From Okamejei kenojei (Eukaryota), in the NCBI GenBank assembly GCA_035221665.1, contig CM069147.1:25730001-25794000 (forward strand): a stretch of 64,000 nt of DNA, written 5' to 3'. This document shows, in pieces, positions 60,068 to 64,000 of the stretch. Below the pieces are notes generated by a model. It searched no databases. It was given only the letters and a program-made list of their open reading frames with translations, and was not told the origin of the DNA. The position numbers and the translations under genes are program-made. Within the stretch, counting starts at the first letter, position 1. Each line of letters begins with the position of its first letter.

Positions 60068-63000
60068 CTAGACCATTAGGACTGGGCCTATTCCCCCAAC
60101 ACGCGGGGGGGGGGGGGTGCGCCTTCACACGCACAGTAACCACCTGCCATACACACAGGGAGGTAGGGGTAGACGGGAGGCTAGTGGGGGAGAGTGAGAG
60201 GAGAGGGAAAGGGGAGAGTGGGAGGAGGGGGGGGGGGGAAGAGGGAGAGAGAGAGAGCGGGGAGGGGAGGAGGAGGCAAGAGCAGAGGGGGAGAAGTGGG
60301 GAAAGAGGTGGGGAGAGAGGAGGGGGAAAGAGGTGGGGAGAGAGGAGGGGGAGAGAGGAGAGAGGGAGAGATGAGGGGAGGTAGAGAGGGGGGAGTGGGG
60401 GAAAGTGAGGTGGGTAGAGGGGAGGGGAGAGGGGGTTGGAGGAGGGGAGAGGGGTTGGAGGAGGGGAGAGGGGGTTGAAGGAGGGGAGAGCGGCGGTTGG
60501 AGGAGGGGAGGGGGGCTGGAGGAGGAGACGAGAAGGAGGGTGGAGGAGGGGAGATGGGTGGGTCGGAAAGCGGGGAGGGAGGGAGGAGGAGAGGGTGATA
60601 TGGAGAGTGGGGGAGAGTGGGGAGGGGAAGGGGAGGGGAAGGGGAGGGGGGGAGGGGAGGGGAGAAGGGGAGGGGGAAGGGGGGAAGGGATAGAGGGGTG
60701 GGGGGGGGAGGGGAACGAGGCAGGGGGGCGGAGAGAGGGGGAGGGAGGAGGAGGGGGGAGGGAGGAGGAGGGGGGAGGGAGGAGGGGGGAGGAGGAGGGG
60801 GGAGAGAGGGGGGAGCGAGGGAGGAGGAGATGGGGAGAGGGGGAGGGAGGAGGGGAGGAGATGGGGAGAGGGGAGAGGAGAGGGGGGTGGAGGGGGGGAA
60901 AAGAGGGGGCGGGAGGGGTGAGGACGAGAGTTGTGAGGAGAGAGGTGTGAGGAGAGAGGGGGAGAAGAAAGGGAGAGGAAGACGGGTGGAGATGGGGGAG
61001 ATATTGGGGAAGGGAGGAGATATGGAAGGGAGAGACGGGGGGGGAGGGGTGAGCGCGGAGGGGGGAAGGGGGGGGAGGGGTAGGGAGTGGGGGGGAGGGG
61101 ATGCGAGAGTGGTGGGGAGGGTGTTAGAGAGGGGGGGGGAAGGCGGAGGGAGGGAGAGGGGAGGAAGGAGAAATGGGTGGGGTGGGAGAGGGGGGATGGG
61201 GAGAGGGGTGGAGGGGGAGGAGGGGAGGGAGGAGGACGGCGAGGGAGTGAAGGAGGGAGAGAGGGAGGAGATGGGGAGAGGGGCGAGGAGAGAGGGGTGA
61301 GGGAAGGGTGATGAGGGAGTGGTAAGCAGAGAGGGGTGAGGAGAGAGGGGGTGGTGGAGAATAGGGAATGGGGGAGAGAGGAGAGAGGAGAGAGGGATGA
61401 GGAGAGGGGTGAGGAGAGATGGGTGAGGAGAGATGGGTGAGGGGAGGAGAGATGGGGAGGAGAGGGGGGGGGAAGAGAGGGGGAGGAGAGAGGGGGTAGG
61501 AGAGGGGTTAGGAGGGGGGAGAGGAGGGAGGGGAGAGGGGAGGGGGAGAGTGGGGAGGGTGGAGAGTGGGGAGGGAAGTAGAGGGAAGAGGGAGGGGGTG
61601 GGAAAAGGGGGATTAGGATGCGGGGAGGGTGAAATGGGGTGACAGGGGAGGGGAGTGGTAGAGGGGGAGGGGAGAGAGGGTGGGTGAGGGGGCTTAGAGA
61701 AGGGTGGGGGAGGGGGAGGGAGGGGAGAGGAGAAGGGGAAGAGGGGGAGAGGGGTGGGGAGGGGAGTGGGGGGGGAGACAAGGGGAGGGGAGAGCGGAGG
61801 GAGGGGAGAGGAGAGGGGGAGAGGGGAGGGGATGAGGGGGAGGTGAGGGAGGGAAAGGATGGGGAGGGGAAAGGAAGGGATGGGAGGGTGGGGAGGGGGA
61901 GGGTGGGGAGGGGGGAGAGGTGGGGGCGGGAAGGTGGAGGAGGGAGATTGGAGGGGGAGAGAGCGTGGAGTGGAGGGCGGAAAGTGGAGGGGGAGAGGAA
62001 TAAGGGGGGAGAGAGGTGGGGGAGAGAGAGAAGGGAGTGGGGGAGGTGGAGAGAGGTGGAAGGGCGTGGGGAGAGTGATGAGAGGGAGAGAGTGGAGGGG
62101 GGAGAGAAAGGGTGGGAGAGAGTGGAGGAGGAGAGAGTGGAGGAGGAGAGAGTGGGGAGAGAGGGTGTGAGAGAGGTGAGTGAGGAGAGAGAGAACGTGG
62201 GAGAGTTAGAAGGGGAGAGTGAGAAGGGGTGGAGAAAAGGCATGGGGTTGGGAAAGGAATGGAGGGGGGGACTGTTTAGAGGGGAGAAAGAGTATTAGCG
62301 GGAAAGAGAGAGTAGAGGGGAGAGAGAGATTAGACGGGGGGGGGGAGAGAGAGTACAAGGAAGAGAGAGGGGGGGAGGGGGAGAGAGAGGAGGGGGTGAG
62401 TGAGGGGTAGGGGGGGACGAGGGTAGCTGAGAGTTGGAGGGGGAGAGAAAAGGAGGGGGAGGTGGTAAGGGGAGAGGTTGGGGGAGAGGAGGGGTAGAGG
62501 TGACGGGGGCGGAAGGGAGGGTGGAGTGGGGGGAGGACAGGGGAGGGTGGAGAGGGGGAGAGAATAAGAGGTGGAGGGTGGAGGTGGAGGGAGTGGAGGG
62601 GATAGAGGGGATGGGGCATAGTGGGGGAGAGGGGGTGAGAGGAGAGAGGTGGTGAGGGTGGGGAGAGAGGGAGGGGAGAGGGAGGAGGTGGAGAGATTGA
62701 GGGGGCAAAGAGGAGAAGGAGGGAGTGGGGGTGAAGAGAGAAGAGGGGACGAGAGAGGAGGGAGATGGGAGAGTAGGGGGAAAGAGAGGAGGGGGAGAGA
62801 GAGGAGGGGCGAGAGAATGGCGGGTGAGACGGTGGGAAAAGGGGTGTGGGGAGAGAGAAGAGAGAGAGAAGGGGAAAGTGGGGAAGGCAGGGGGTGGAAG
62901 GGAGGGAGGGAGGGGGAGAGAGAGAGCAGAGGGTAGATAGAGAGTAGAGGGGGAGAGAGAGAGTAGAGGGGAGAGAGAGAGTAAAGAGGGGAGAGAGGGG

Positions 63001-63500
63001 AGAGGGGGAGGGAGCGGGGAGAGAGGAGGGGGTGTGAGGGGGAGGGAGGAGACAGGAGGAGAGAGAAGTGGGGGAGAGTTGGAATGGGAGAGAAGTGGAA
63101 GGGAGAAGTGAAGGGGGGAAGAGATGGGGATGGAGGGGAGGGGAGGGTGGAGAGGGAGGGTAGGATAGGAAGGTTGGAGGGGAAGTGGGGGGGTGGAGTG
63201 GGGTGGAGAGGGAGGGGGTGGAGGAAGGGGTAGAGAGAGAGGGGATAGGACAACCTGCTCTATTTGATCTTGATTGTACACGCCAGACCGCCTAAAGGTT
63301 CCAATCTCCCAATGGGAGCCCTGTCCCATTGTGAAGTCATATCATGTCAGTGAGACCCATTGTGATTGGACATCTGTGAGATAGCGCTGTGACTCATGCA
63401 GCAGCTTGATTTTAAAAAAATGAAGTTTTTTACTAAAAAAAGCAGGGAAATTAATAACCAAATGTTCTAATTTTAAAAACAAAATGTGGAGGACGAAAAA
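60068..63500 (-). mobile_element. Mirror copy of the Helitron-like element
   Basis: CTAG at 60068-60071, same flanks, G/A-rich body. Confidence 0.5.
60160..63250. repeat. Polypurine (G/A) low-complexity tract, mirror of 495-4440
   Basis: G/A-rich, with dense G-runs. Confidence 0.95.
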
Positions 63501-63504
63501 CTGT

Positions 63505-64000
63505 ACAGGAATATGGTGACACCTGGCCCATCAAACCCCAATATGCCTCTCCCGGGTGACTGTAGCAGAGGTTGGCCTTCCTGGTGGTAAACTCACAAAA
63601 ATCAACTGGACCAGATGGAGTTCCTGGCAGTGTCCTTAGTAGCTGCGCGGACCAGCTAGCGGAGTATCCTACTCCGTTCTGAAGTAATCACCTGCATCCA
63701 AAAGACCACCTTCATCCCATTGCCAAAGAAAAGCAAGACCTTATGCCGAAACGAAAACCATCCAGTGGCCTTCACGTCCGCCATCATGAAATGTTTTGAG
63801 AGGCTAGATATGGAACGCATTAAATCCAGTCTACCCCGTGACTTTGACCCACTGCAGTTCGCCTGCTGCCACAACAGCTCCATGGATGATGCCATCACCC
63901 TAACCCTACACACATTCCGAGAAGAGAGGAGAGACACCTACATCAGATTCCTAGATTCAGATTCATAGATTACAGCTCTGCCTTTAATACCATCCCAGTT
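63505..64000 (+). mobile_element. Rex1/Babar LINE reverse-transcriptase remnant (mirror at 1-135, minus strand)
   Basis: HPVAFTSAIMKCFERL...DPLQFAC...SMDDAI, plus gccttta atacc (AFNT-like) and an upstream GPDGVPG-like segment. Confidence 0.8.

Larger units (their letters stand above)
42491..63637. repeat. Right arm of the giant inverted duplication; begins exactly at the 500-N gap
   Basis: cagtgtcctt at 63628-63637 is the reverse complement of bases 1-10. Homology continues inward to the first bases after the gap (ttatatcacctctctttatattgtgtt vs aacacaatataaagagaggttgtaa at ~19327-19351). Confidence 0.95.

Noticed and set aside
59902-63329. 741-aa, 344-aa and 307-aa extensin/formin-like ORFs
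   Set aside because: Same low-complexity artefact on the G/A tract.
1-64000. CRISPR arrays, rRNA, bona fide tRNA or prokaryotic systems
   Set aside because: No regularly spaced repeats or operon structure; tRNA-like segments are SINE heads.

Overview
Eukaryotic, repeat-rich genomic DNA, most likely from a cartilaginous fish (skate/ray-like): it carries CR1 and Rex1 LINEs, HE1-type tRNA SINEs and Penelope-derived elements with hammerhead-like motifs. Much of it looks like poorly polished long-read consensus, and there are two N gaps (164 N and 500 N). A giant inverted duplication dominates the window: 1..~19,350 matches ~42,491..63,637 in reverse complement. Each arm holds a copy of a multi-exon Ig-superfamily gene that the ORF track mostly misses: leader, germline-joined VJ-type V domain, C1-set domain, Arg-containing TM and a few-residue tail. 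The left copy has clean L/V/C1 exons but a frameshifted TM exon. The right copy has an intact TM exon but indel-damaged L/V/C1. The spacer between the arms holds further damaged paralog exons (a second V, a second C1 and several TM-like exons with Lys/Arg). Together these point to a cluster of non-rearranging, antigen-receptor-like (NKp30/SIRP/VJ-C1-type) activating receptors. All alignments and translations were done by eye, so repeat boundaries are approximate.
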